NCBI GenBank assembly: GCA_009885525.1
Contig: VFKN01000077.1
Location: 5,779 to 69,778, forward strand
Direction of reading: 5' to 3'
From: Anaerolineaceae bacterium
GTDB taxonomy: Bacteria > Chloroflexota > Anaerolineae > Anaerolineales > Villigracilaceae
DNA: 64,000 nucleotides
Shown here piece by piece: positions 49,633 through 58,314 of this stretch. A model generated the notes under the pieces. It saw nothing but the letters and a program-made list of their open reading frames with translations. It did no database searches and was not told the origin of the DNA. Position numbers and translations under genes: made by a program. The stretch's first letter is position 1; the number at the start of each line of letters is the position of its first letter.

Positions 49633-50889
49633 TTATTTCGGCAGTTCAGCGGTAATGCCTTCAGCCCACCACTTCATACAAACTTTGACGGTGCAGGGCA
49701 GTTTGAATTCAGGGAAAGCGTCGAGGTCAACCTGCTCAAGGGATTGACCCGCGGGCAGAACTACATTGCCCTGGTTGTCATTGATGGGTCCCTTGAAAAC
49801 GTCAAAGCGGGTGAATTTACCAGCGAGCATTTGCGCGAGGGTGTCTTCCACCATCTTGATCACTTCGGGGTCAAGATCTTTTACGCCGGGCTGCATTGTC
49901 TGACCTTCCATAAAGCCAAACAAACCTAAAGCGCCAGTCTCGGCATCAAAGTAATCGTAGCCGGGCTTATATGTTTTCGCGATCACTTTTTCGGTGATGC
50001 CGGCATAGATGGGTCCCCAGACCCAGTAAGGAGCGGTGAGACAGGCGTCTACTTTGCAGGAGCCGTACCAATCATAGGTTACGCCCCATTTGCCTTTTTC
50101 TTGCGCGACATCCGCAACAGCGGGAGTATCCGCGCCGGTGAAGACAACTTGCGCGCCGCCATCAAATAATGAAGCGGCGGCTTCTTTTTCAATGATGGGG
50201 TCGTGCCAAGTATTAATCCAACGGATATCCATGGTGCATTCGGGGCAGGTCTTGCGCATGCCCAAGGCGATGGCGTTGCCCAAGCGAATTTCTTCGGGGA
50301 TCGGGAAGGTTGCCATGTAACCAAGCTTGGGGTTGCCGTCTTGCTTGGCGCGCGCGCCTGCGAGCATACCCGCGAGGTACTTCATATTTTCCATCGCGCC
50401 CATCAAGTTGCCAAAATTCGTGAAGTTGGATTTGATGCCGGTTAAGTGGATGAACATCGTATCAGGGAATTCGCCTGCCACAACTTCCATCGGATCGCCG
50501 AAGCCAAAGGATGTGCCGAAGATCAGGTTGAAGCCCTTGCGGGAAAGGCTGCGGAATACCTGTTCGGAATCAGCGCCTTCGGGGACGTTTTCAATATAAG
50601 CAATATGTGTATTTGGCACATTCTTTTCAATGTAGACCAAACCTTCATAATGCGCCTGTGACCAACCGCCGTCATCGTGCGGTCCGATCAAAACCATGGC
50701 TACATTGAATTTGCCTTCTGCAATTTCGGGGATTTGAAAGCCGCCTTCGGCAGCGGGCGCGGCTGTTGCGACAGAGGCTTCGGTTGCCACGGGGGCTTGC
50801 GTCGCGGCGGGTTTTGCGCCTCCACAAGCGGAAAGGACGAGCATGATTGCCAACGCGATAATCGCGAGGCGGGAAATATTTTTACGCAT
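49633..50889 (-). CDS. BMP family purine-binding lipoprotein
   Basis: Lipobox LSAC, DDGGWSQAH, ENVPEG, FGTSFGF and NTWHDP..EK. Confidence 0.9.
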   Translation of the reverse strand: MRKNISRLAIIALAIMLVLSACGGAKPAATQAPVATEASVATAAPAAEGGFQIPEIAEGKFNVAMVLIGPHDDGGWSQAHYEGLVYIEKNVPNTHIAYIENVPEGADSEQVFRSLSRKGFNLIFGTSFGFGDPMEVVAGEFPDTMFIHLTGIKSNFTNFGNLMGAMENMKYLAGMLAGARAKQDGNPKLGYMATFPIPEEIRLGNAIALGMRKTCPECTMDIRWINTWHDPIIEKEAAASLFDGGAQVVFTGADTPAVADVAQEKGKWGVTYDWYGSCKVDACLTAPYWVWGPIYAGITEKVIAKTYKPGYDYFDAETGALGLFGFMEGQTMQPGVKDLDPEVIKMVEDTLAQMLAGKFTRFDVFKGPINDNQGNVVLPAGQSLEQVDLDAFPEFKLPCTVKVCMKWWAEGITAELPK

Positions 50890-50967
50890 TCTTCTTCTCC
50901 TTATGAAAATCAAACTTAGATTTGACGTACAAACTTACAAAGGTAGCAATGTGCCAAAAACCTCCTT

Positions 50968-50982
50968 TCAGGTCATCCAAAC
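50968..50982. promoter_or_regulatory. Candidate operator upstream of first ABC operon
   Basis: Similar 15-mer to 45559-45573, in the same orientation and upstream of a paralogous operon. Confidence 0.35.
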
Positions 50983-51036
50983 ACTTTCACCAAAAATGGA
51001 CAACCTTGTGAAGAAATCTACAACGATTATAAACCT

Positions 51037-52977
51037 TTAAGGGTTACACCCAAATTCCTTTTGTACTTCATCGAGCGTGACATTTTGCGCGGATGAATTT
51101 TTCGTCTCACGCTCAATGCGAGTCCATAACTTACAGAGAAGAGGTCGTACATAGGTCTTGGAAACTTTGTATGACAACTTTGACAATTCTACCGCTTTTT
51201 TCCAATCTCCGGTATGAGCATAGCCTTCGATGAACACAAACCGCTCAACCGGGTCATTGGGATAATCATCCAACTTGAAGGCAACATCGCCCAATTTCGC
51301 GACCGCTTGCCAACCTCCCGTCTGGCGCGCGAGGTCGGCTTTTTGGAAATAATAGCACCAGCCGTGCGCGGGTTCTGCGCCATACACACCCGGCATCTGC
51401 GCGATTGGTTCGCTCAATATCGGCGCAGTGGAAGATAACAACGCCGCGTCGCGCAACATGGTTTCATCTGGAATCATCTTATTGATCGAATCAATTTCGG
51501 GGTCGAGCAGGCGCAGACATTTCGGCGGCGCGTAATAAAAGATAACGGTTTGCGATGTATTGCCATGAAATTTGCCTGCGAGAAAATCATACTCCACGGG
51601 TGTGTTCGGCTGCAAAGATAAACTCTCACGATTGGTCGGGTAGAACAAAACATAATCCACAACGCTGCTGTGATTATCGGGTGCGTAGATCCAATTCAAT
51701 GCCGCGCCTAATGAGTTATCGGCATAGTAAATTAAATTTTCATTGATCAAAACGATCGTGTTTTTTTTCAAACCCGGCGCGCGCCAGGTCATCTGCCAGA
51801 AAAGGTTTTTATGCTCCGCCCAATCACGGCGAAAATCATTTGACCACAGGAATTGACGACCCGCAGCCAATGCAATAAATATAACGACAACGTATTTAAA
51901 TTTATTAGGAATAAATTCCAGCAAGCCAGCAAAGATAAAACTCGCGCCGAGCATGAAAGATAGCGTCGCGCGGTTCGCGGGGAAGCCAAGCGAAACGGGA
52001 ACATTGGTCAACCAGAATGGAGGACCTGCGAGCGCAAGCATGACGAAACCCAATGCGATCATCCACCCGATGTCTGCGCGATTTTCTTTAATTTCATTTT
52101 GATTGCGCAGCGCGAATAAAGTCAGCGCCGCGATGATCACCACGACAAACGCATACAACGCAAATGTGCGCGCGCCGTCAGCAGGATTCGGGAATTGGAA
52201 AATTTGTACCCATGCAGCGCCCGTTGTCACCCAAAAACTGGAGAAGATATTTTGCAGAAGATTAATAATCTTTTGCATTAGAGGAATCGGGTTTTCTTTT
52301 AATCCGATTTTATAAACTTGATTATTGAAGATGAACACCCGTGAAAAAATTGCGAGGACGAAAATAGTCGCGTATGGAATCCACAACTTGAGCGTGCGAA
52401 GCAGACGCGCTTTCAGCGGGAGAGATTCATTTCGAGTGGATGCAAAAATTACGAAAGGACGCATCAACTCGAGGACGAAGAAATATTCCATCATCCACAA
52501 ATTGAGCGCGGAGAATATCAGCGCGGGGATCGTTCTTCCGCGTAGCATTAAGTAAAAGGAAAGAAGAAAGAAGAAAAGAACAATGAAGAAGTGCGAGTAA
52601 AGATAACTAACCCACTGTTGATTGAAGCCGGGATATAACAAAAACACCAGACTTAATGTGAGCGCAAATTTTTCATTTTTAGGAAATAATTGTTTAGCTA
52701 TTGCCCATAATGTGACCGCGCCAAGCCAGCGCCAGAAGAGCGCGAAGATTTGCCAATAGATCGGCTCATGCGGAAAAATGCGCGTGGTGATCTGATACAA
52801 CAACGCCCAGATCGGGCGGTTGGTTGAGAAATATTGCGTCATCGCGTCGGCGCCGAGTTGATAGCGAATCCACGACATGGGCAGGTCGTCCCAATAAAAG
52901 CCGAGTTGGGGAATCAAAAGTCCGTATGCAATGATGGATGTAACGAGGAGAAGAACGGGAGGGGAGATGCGTTTCAT
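51037..52977 (-). CDS. GT-C-like multi-pass membrane protein
   Basis: GFYWDD first-loop motif, NRP, about 12 TMs and a soluble C-terminal domain. Confidence 0.75.
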   Translation of the reverse strand: MKRISPPVLLLVTSIIAYGLLIPQLGFYWDDLPMSWIRYQLGADAMTQYFSTNRPIWALLYQITTRIFPHEPIYWQIFALFWRWLGAVTLWAIAKQLFPKNEKFALTLSLVFLLYPGFNQQWVSYLYSHFFIVLFFFLLSFYLMLRGRTIPALIFSALNLWMMEYFFVLELMRPFVIFASTRNESLPLKARLLRTLKLWIPYATIFVLAIFSRVFIFNNQVYKIGLKENPIPLMQKIINLLQNIFSSFWVTTGAAWVQIFQFPNPADGARTFALYAFVVVIIAALTLFALRNQNEIKENRADIGWMIALGFVMLALAGPPFWLTNVPVSLGFPANRATLSFMLGASFIFAGLLEFIPNKFKYVVVIFIALAAGRQFLWSNDFRRDWAEHKNLFWQMTWRAPGLKKNTIVLINENLIYYADNSLGAALNWIYAPDNHSSVVDYVLFYPTNRESLSLQPNTPVEYDFLAGKFHGNTSQTVIFYYAPPKCLRLLDPEIDSINKMIPDETMLRDAALLSSTAPILSEPIAQMPGVYGAEPAHGWCYYFQKADLARQTGGWQAVAKLGDVAFKLDDYPNDPVERFVFIEGYAHTGDWKKAVELSKLSYKVSKTYVRPLLCKLWTRIERETKNSSAQNVTLDEVQKEFGCNP

Positions 52978-52978
52978 T

Positions 52979-53020
52979 AAGTTGTGTAGTTTGGTAGTTA
53001 TATAGTTTAGGTAGTTGGTT
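52979..53020. repeat. Octamer-periodic array (TAGTTnnn)
   Basis: agttgtgt agtttggt agttatat agtttaggt agttggtt. This is the inverted counterpart of the array at 53581-53622. Confidence 0.75.
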
Positions 53021-53534
53021 TTCGAGGAGGTTTTTTGGCGGCGATGATTTTCGCAAATAAGCGATCATTCCGTTTATTAAACGTTTTGATTCGAGCGCGA
53101 GTGTATAAGCAAATTTGAGTTCAGTCTCATCAATATATTTACGGTCTAAGGCAAGGTAAAGTTCAGATTGAACTTCACTGGCTGAGCGTCTGGCTATTTT
53201 TAAAAAGCGGATAAATTCAGAGTTTGAGCCTGAATCAAATCCTTCTGCAATGTTGTGCATGACAGAACTGGCTGCAGATTGAATTTGAGAAGATAATCGA
53301 AAATCTTTGGCTCATTGGGAATTGCCGTGATTTTTTTCAGAAAACCACCATATATGGCGGCAATACAGGATAACTTCACCATATCTACGGACTTTTACGA
53401 GTGAATCACGGCAATTCCTAGAGAACCAAATCTTTTGTGAATTTCTGATGTTCAGTCAGGTCATAAATCTTGTTTGTAAGCAAACGAGCCTTTTGCCAAC
53501 TTTGCAAATCCTCAAATCGCTCAATCTTCGCCAT
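53021..53534 (-). pseudogene. Four-helix-bundle protein (23S rRNA IVP/TIGR02436-like), interrupted by a MITE
   Basis: MAKIERFEDLQSWQKAR...KFTKD | FRLSSQIQSAASSVMHNIAEGFD...RSASEVQSELYLALD joins in frame after removing 53309-53427 and one TSD. The 3' end is approximate because the frame runs on through the repeat array. Confidence 0.88.
53309..53427. mobile_element. MITE-like element (119 bp)
   Basis: IRs GGCTCATTGGGAATTGCCGTGATT / AATCACGGCAATTCCTAGAGAACC. 8-bp TSD AAATCTTT at 53301-53308 and 53428-53435. Confidence 0.9.
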
Positions 53535-53555
53535 ATCGGATTCCTGTTTTTACAA

Positions 53556-53622
53556 TTGGGTAGTTGTCCTCTCAACTCGACAACTACCCAACTATTAAAC
53601 TACATAACTATCTAAACTATCC
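53556..53622. repeat. Hairpin plus octamer-periodic array (AACTAnnn)
   Basis: TTGGGTAGTTGTC/GACAACTACCCAA stem, followed by aactaccc aactatta aactacat aactatcta aactatcc. Confidence 0.75.
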
Positions 53623-53624
53623 TA

Positions 53625-54578
53625 CTACGGAACGATCCACGTACCAGTTTCACCCTTCAATGCGCGCCCGATGTTTTCGGGGTTGGTGATGAGCGCTTTG
53701 CCGTTGGGCATGGCTTCGAGATACGCAATGATGGCTTGAATCTTCGGCGCCATCGAGCCTTTGGCAAAGTGAATGCCTTCTTCGAGGTAGGCTTTGGCTT
53801 CGGCGAGTGTGATCTGGTCGAGCCATTTCTGTTCGGGCTTGCCGAAGTTGATCGCGACTTTTTCAACAGCGGTGGAGATGACGAACAGATCCGCTTTGAT
53901 CTCGCGCGCCAACAATGAAGACGCGAAATCCTTGTCGATCACAGCGGCGATGCCTTCATAGTTGCCGTCACCCGGGTCAATGACGGGGATTCCGCCGCCG
54001 CCAACTGTGATGGTGACAATGCCTTTTTCAAGCAAAGTTTGAACGGTTTCGAGTTCGACAATTTCTTTGGGTTGCGGTGAAGCAACCACGCGCCGAAAAC
54101 CGCGTCCCGCATCTTCCATCACGCTCCAGCCTTGCTCCTTCTGACGGCGTTCAGATTCGGCTTCATCCATGAAACTGCCGATGGGTTTGGATGGCTTGGC
54201 AAAGGCGGGATCGTTCTTGTCCACAAGGGTTTGTGTGACCACTGTCACGACTTTTTTCTTGATGCCGCGCTGGTAAAGAATATTTTGTAAATTCTGTTGG
54301 ATGGAATATCCAATGGCGCCCTGACTATCCGCGCCGCAGACATCCAACGGGACTTCGTGCATGCCCGCGGTTTTGGCTGCGATCTCGGAGCGGCGCAGAA
54401 TATATCCGACTTGCGGTCCGTTACCGTGACCGATAGCCACATCCCAGCCTTGCTCGATCATATCGGCAATGTGGATACAGGTCTGCTTGGCAGCTTGATA
54501 TTGGCTTTCAACGGTGACATTTTTATCATCAATGATGAGTGAGTTGCCGCCAACGGCGATTACTGCGAGTTTGGTCAT
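53625..54578 (-). CDS. arcC: Carbamate kinase
   Basis: IAVGGNSL, HGNGPQVG, GRGFRRVVASP, GGGGIPV, AVIDKD and GSMAPK. Confidence 0.93.
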   Translation of the reverse strand: MTKLAVIAVGGNSLIIDDKNVTVESQYQAAKQTCIHIADMIEQGWDVAIGHGNGPQVGYILRRSEIAAKTAGMHEVPLDVCGADSQGAIGYSIQQNLQNILYQRGIKKKVVTVVTQTLVDKNDPAFAKPSKPIGSFMDEAESERRQKEQGWSVMEDAGRGFRRVVASPQPKEIVELETVQTLLEKGIVTITVGGGGIPVIDPGDGNYEGIAAVIDKDFASSLLAREIKADLFVISTAVEKVAINFGKPEQKWLDQITLAEAKAYLEEGIHFAKGSMAPKIQAIIAYLEAMPNGKALITNPENIGRALKGETGTWIVP

Positions 54579-54630
54579 AGGTTCTCCTTGGGTTAGGTAA
54601 ACGAGTAAACAGGTACGCAGGTCTGCGTTT

Positions 54631-55228
54631 TTACTTGCCTATTTCTTCATCAACGTCATACTCAGCCTGATCTTCGTGAACGGCTTTGTCGCCAAACTCC
54701 TGAGAGCCTGATTTCTGGCGACGGACATAACTCATGTAGCCGTTTAGAGTTTGTTCGGCAGAGCGGGTCAATTTATAGAGTTCTTCAAATTTCGTTTGAT
54801 CGAGATAGCCCAGAACTTTTGCGTTAATCAAATGCGTCATTTTCTACCGTACATTTCCCTCGTAAAAAACCCTAAAGGTCTTTCTCGTTAATTGGAAATT
54901 TACGAAGGTAAAGCAGACCTTTAGGGTTTGCATGTACGGTAGAGAAATGCGTCAAAGTTTCGTTCAACTCGCCGCGCGCAATCGAGTAAAAACGCAGACT
55001 ATCGAGATAATGATAACGCCCATAACCTTCGCCGATATTTCCTGTAATTCCTTTGGCGGAACGTCGGATTTGGGAATACATATCAATTTTTTCATCGGCA
55101 GGCAATGTCTTTGAAAAAGCATGTATCTCCGCCATCACTTCCAACGCGAGTTTGTAACACTCCAAATCTTCAAATCCGCGTTTTCCGGGTTCGCCGGGGG
55201 AAAGGTATAAGGACTTACGTTCGGTCAT
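54631..55228 (-). pseudogene. Four-helix-bundle protein (TIGR02436-like), interrupted by a MITE
   Basis: GFEDLECYK...SQIRRSAKGITGNIGEGYGR...ARGELNETLTH | LINAKVLGYLD...LNGYMSYVR restores in frame after removing 115 bp. Confidence 0.9.
54840..54946. mobile_element. MITE-like element (~107 bp) with AAACCCTAAAGGTCT REP cargo
   Basis: IRs TTTTCTACCGTACAT / ATGTACGGTAGAGAA. Direct repeat (AA)ATGCGTCA at 54830-54839 and 54945-54954. Internal AAACCCTAAAGGTCT/AGACCTTTAGGGTTT. Confidence 0.9.
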
Positions 55229-55239
55229 GGTTGCTCCGG

Positions 55240-55325
55240 GTAAGTAAACAGGTAGATATGTAGACAGGTAAACAAGTAGACATGTTTCCGTGTCTACCTG
55301 TTTACCTGTGTACTTCTTTACTTCT
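55240..55325. repeat. Inverted octamer arrays (GTARACAG)n ... (CTGTYTAC)n
   Basis: gtaaacag gtagatat gtagacag gtaaacaa gtagacat, then gtctacct gtttacct gtgtactt ctttactt. Confidence 0.8.
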
Positions 55326-56315
55326 TTAAGCCATCGTCAACGCCATGACCGCTTTCTGCGCGTGCAGGCGATTCTCGGCTTCGTCGAATACCACGGATTG
55401 CGGACCGTCCAACACGCTGTTGGTGACTTCAACTTCACGGTCGGCGGGCAGCGGGTGCATGTAGATCGCACCGGGTTTGGCGACTTTGAGCTTCGCGTCG
55501 TCCATCAGCCAGTTCTTGTACATGTCCTGAAGTTTCTTCCCTTCCACTTTATCGGTGGTGGTCAGCAAGGGACCCCAGGATTTTGCGTAGATCACATCCG
55601 CGTCTTTGCAGGCTTCGGTCATGCCGTCTTTGGTATCGATGATCTCGAAATTCGTACCAGCGATGGCGGCTTGCTCTTTCGCTTGCGCGACGATCTCGGG
55701 CATAAGCGGGAATTCGGGCGGATACGCGAGAGTCACATCCATGCCGAAGCGCGGCATTTGCAGAATGAGTGATTGCGGAACAGAAATCGGCTTGAGATAG
55801 GAAGCCGCGTACGCCCACGAAACCACGATTTTTTTCTTGCGCAGGTCTTTGCCTTTCTTCTCCATGATGGTCATCAGATCCGCAAGGCATTGGAAGGGAT
55901 GATAGATATCGCATTGCATGTTGAGCACGGGCGCGCGGCTGGATGAGGCGACATCGTTCAGGTATTTATTGCCGTCGCCAAAATCGCAATGGCGAATCGC
56001 AATGCCGTCAAAATAGCGCCCGTAGATTTCGCCGATCTCGACGGGCGTATCGCCGTGTGAGATTTGAGTCGTGTTGCTGTCGATGAATGCGCCATGTCCG
56101 CCGAGTTGCGCCATGCCCGCTTCGAACGATCCGCGCGTGCGGGTGGATGAGAAGAAGAACAGCATCGCCAGAACTTTATCGCGCAAGTAAGGATGCGGCT
56201 CGCCGAGTGCGCGCTTGCGTTTCAAATCCCATGCGACTTCCAACACAGTTTCGACTTCCTCTTTGGTGAAGTCAAGATCCCCAATAAAATCACGTCCACG
56301 AAAATTGGTTTGCAT
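55326..56315 (-). CDS. Knotted-type transcarbamylase (YgeW/AOTCase-like)
   Basis: STRT, HPFQ, WAYAASYLKPISVPQS, IYAKSWG, MHPLPADR and AENRLH. Lacks the canonical OTC SMG loop. Confidence 0.8.
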   Translation of the reverse strand: MQTNFRGRDFIGDLDFTKEEVETVLEVAWDLKRKRALGEPHPYLRDKVLAMLFFFSSTRTRGSFEAGMAQLGGHGAFIDSNTTQISHGDTPVEIGEIYGRYFDGIAIRHCDFGDGNKYLNDVASSSRAPVLNMQCDIYHPFQCLADLMTIMEKKGKDLRKKKIVVSWAYAASYLKPISVPQSLILQMPRFGMDVTLAYPPEFPLMPEIVAQAKEQAAIAGTNFEIIDTKDGMTEACKDADVIYAKSWGPLLTTTDKVEGKKLQDMYKNWLMDDAKLKVAKPGAIYMHPLPADREVEVTNSVLDGPQSVVFDEAENRLHAQKAVMALTMA

Positions 56316-56336
56316 AATATTAGTCTCCTTAGTTGG

Positions 56337-56415
56337 GTATGTAGGTATACAAGTACACAGGTATACAGGTATACAGGTAACGCGTCTACGGGTTTACTTG
56401 TCTACTTATTTACGT
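56337..56415. repeat. Inverted octamer arrays (GTATACAG)n
   Basis: gtatgtag gtatacaa gtacacag gtatacag gtatacag, then tctac/tttac units. Confidence 0.8.
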
Positions 56416-56417
56416 TC

Positions 56418-56978
56418 TTATGAATTGACTTCCTTGTAAATCTTCTCAAAGCGAGTAAGTAGTTCGGGGGTTTCAAGTCCTTCGGCAAATTCTTTCAGCC
56501 ACTTACGGATATATTTGACGTCCAGCTTTCCTTTTTGACGTTGAAGAATGGAGGAAATGTCCAGCCAATCCTTGTCGCGGTTTGCAATCGACTTGTGGAT
56601 GACGAAGTCTTCTGCGGTGCATACACGGGTGGGAATTCCCATTATTTCAGCGACAACAGCGCGTTGAATCGCCTGTTTTTCATAGTCGAATACACTTACC
56701 AGAATATCCGCTGCCACATCTGGGGAAGCCCAAATGTGTATTACGTGCGCGCTTTTTTTGTGATCTGGAATATTTGAAGGGCGTTCAGGAAAATAATCGA
56801 GAACCAGATTGCGAAAATCCGCAAGCGGCATATCAATGCTAACTTTGAAATCAACATCGTGAGTGACGCGCGTCTCGCCCCAAACGGAAATGGCAAGTCC
56901 GCCGATCAGCATGTATGGAATCTTATGCTGTTCCAGAAAGCGAATCACATCCTGCATTGAACTAGGGCTATTAAACAT
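56418..56978 (-). CDS. Nucleotidyltransferase-fold protein (AbiEii/DUF6036-like)
   Basis: YMLIGGLA...R.THDVDF and EDFVIHK..ANRDKDWLDI. Confidence 0.75.
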   Translation of the reverse strand: MFNSPSSMQDVIRFLEQHKIPYMLIGGLAISVWGETRVTHDVDFKVSIDMPLADFRNLVLDYFPERPSNIPDHKKSAHVIHIWASPDVAADILVSVFDYEKQAIQRAVVAEIMGIPTRVCTAEDFVIHKSIANRDKDWLDISSILQRQKGKLDVKYIRKWLKEFAEGLETPELLTRFEKIYKEVNS

Positions 56979-57234
56979 TTCCAATTCTCTCCGCAAGTCG
57001 TTTCCATTTGTTTTCCAAATCAAGATAAAACAGTTCTCTTTGCTCTTCCAATTCCGGCGGAATATCGGTTGAACCAGCCAAAGAAGTCGCCAATTGACAT
57101 ATTGCAAAATACGCGCGAATACTCTGCTCAACGGTTTCTGTTGCCAAACGCGCTTTCAACTCCTCGCGTTCCCATTCGTTGTCCAGATCGTATTCAGCCT
57201 TCCAGGCTTTGACGGCTTCTTTTGTGATCTTCAT
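56971..57234 (-). CDS. Small hypothetical protein coupled to the nucleotidyltransferase
   Basis: 87-aa helical ORF overlapping the NTase start by 8 bp. Confidence 0.7.
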   Translation of the reverse strand: MKITKEAVKAWKAEYDLDNEWEREELKARLATETVEQSIRAYFAICQLATSLAGSTDIPPELEEQRELFYLDLENKWKRLAERIGNV

Positions 57235-57238
57235 ATCA

Positions 57239-58219
57239 CTACTGTCCTATAAATGACTGTACCACGATCTTGCCTGATTCCAAATCCTTGCGGATGGAAT
57301 CGAATTGACTTGAAATACCCGCGGGCACAAAATCCGAAAGTGGCGCGATGCCGATGCCGCCGGATTTGTAATCGAGTTGAATGACTCCGCTTTGCAATTC
57401 GCCTTTGACGAATTTTTGAATGAGCATGAACACGGCTGCATTCATATTCTTCGTGCGGCTGGTTGCAACAACTTCCGGCGCGAGATAACGCTGGTCGCTG
57501 CCGGTCGTGATGATCGGCTTGCCGGCTGCTTGCGCGGATTCTATCGCCCCCAAAGTAGATCCGCCCGCCGCCGCGTAGATTACATCCACGCCGTCAAAAT
57601 ACATCTGCTCGGCGATTTGATTCGCGTCATCGGGTTTTGCAAATCCGCTGAAATCATCTTTGCCGCCGATATTTTGCGCGACGATTTGAATATCCGGCTT
57701 GACGTATTTCGCGCCTTGCTCGAAGCCGAATTGGATGCGGCGAATCACGAGTACATCCGCGCCGCCGAGATATGCGACCTTGCCATTCTCGCTCATCAAC
57801 GCCGCCAGCGCGCCCGCGAGAAAATCACCTTCCAGTTCGCTGAATGTGACCGAGGTTACATTCGCGCCTTCGGCAGTTGAGTCAATCACCGCGAACTTTG
57901 TCCCGGAAAATTCCTTCGCGACATTTGCGATCGCTCCCGAATTTTCAGAGCCCAGCCCGATGATAAGAACGTACCCAGCCTGCGCGGCTTTGCGGACATT
58001 ATCTTCCTGCGTATCCTGTTGATAATCGAAAGTCATCACCTCCACGCCGAGCTCGCTTGCGGCTTTTTGCAGGCCTTCGTTGGCGCTGTCGTTGAATGCC
58101 TTATCGCCGAGTCCGCCGCGCGCAAGCATGAGCGCGACCTTCGGCTGATTAGCGGCGCCTCCACAGGCCGCGAGCAAAAGCACCGCCAAAATTGTTGTAG
58201 CAATAAAAATTTTCTTCAT
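57239..58219 (-). CDS. BMP family lipoprotein (PnrA/TmpC-like)
   Basis: Lipobox LAAC, GGLGDKAFNDSA and GVDVIYAAAG. Confidence 0.88.
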   Translation of the reverse strand: MKKIFIATTILAVLLLAACGGAANQPKVALMLARGGLGDKAFNDSANEGLQKAASELGVEVMTFDYQQDTQEDNVRKAAQAGYVLIIGLGSENSGAIANVAKEFSGTKFAVIDSTAEGANVTSVTFSELEGDFLAGALAALMSENGKVAYLGGADVLVIRRIQFGFEQGAKYVKPDIQIVAQNIGGKDDFSGFAKPDDANQIAEQMYFDGVDVIYAAAGGSTLGAIESAQAAGKPIITTGSDQRYLAPEVVATSRTKNMNAAVFMLIQKFVKGELQSGVIQLDYKSGGIGIAPLSDFVPAGISSQFDSIRKDLESGKIVVQSFIGQ

Positions 58220-58241
58220 AGTGTTCTCGGTAAAGCTATTT

Positions 58242-58314
58242 GGTATACAGGTAAGGTCACGCTTCCATGTGCACTTGTGTACTTGTGTACTTGTGTACCT
58301 GTCTACTTATCTAC
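58242..58314. repeat. Octamer array (CTTGTGTA)n with upstream inverted unit
   Basis: ggtatacaggt ... cttgtgta x3, cctgtcta, cttatcta. Confidence 0.8.

Noticed and set aside
50890-51036. Purine riboswitch upstream of the BMP operon
   Set aside because: No recognisable purine aptamer core or three-way junction by eye. An Rfam/Infernal scan would be decisive.
52766-53020. C-terminal extension of the four-helix ORF overlapping the next gene
   Set aside because: It translates the repeat array and an alternative frame of the membrane gene, so it is probably run-on from a pseudogene.
53021-55228. Diversity-generating retroelement (four-helix genes as Avd)
   Set aside because: No reverse transcriptase and no TR/VR pair with adenine-specific mismatches are visible.
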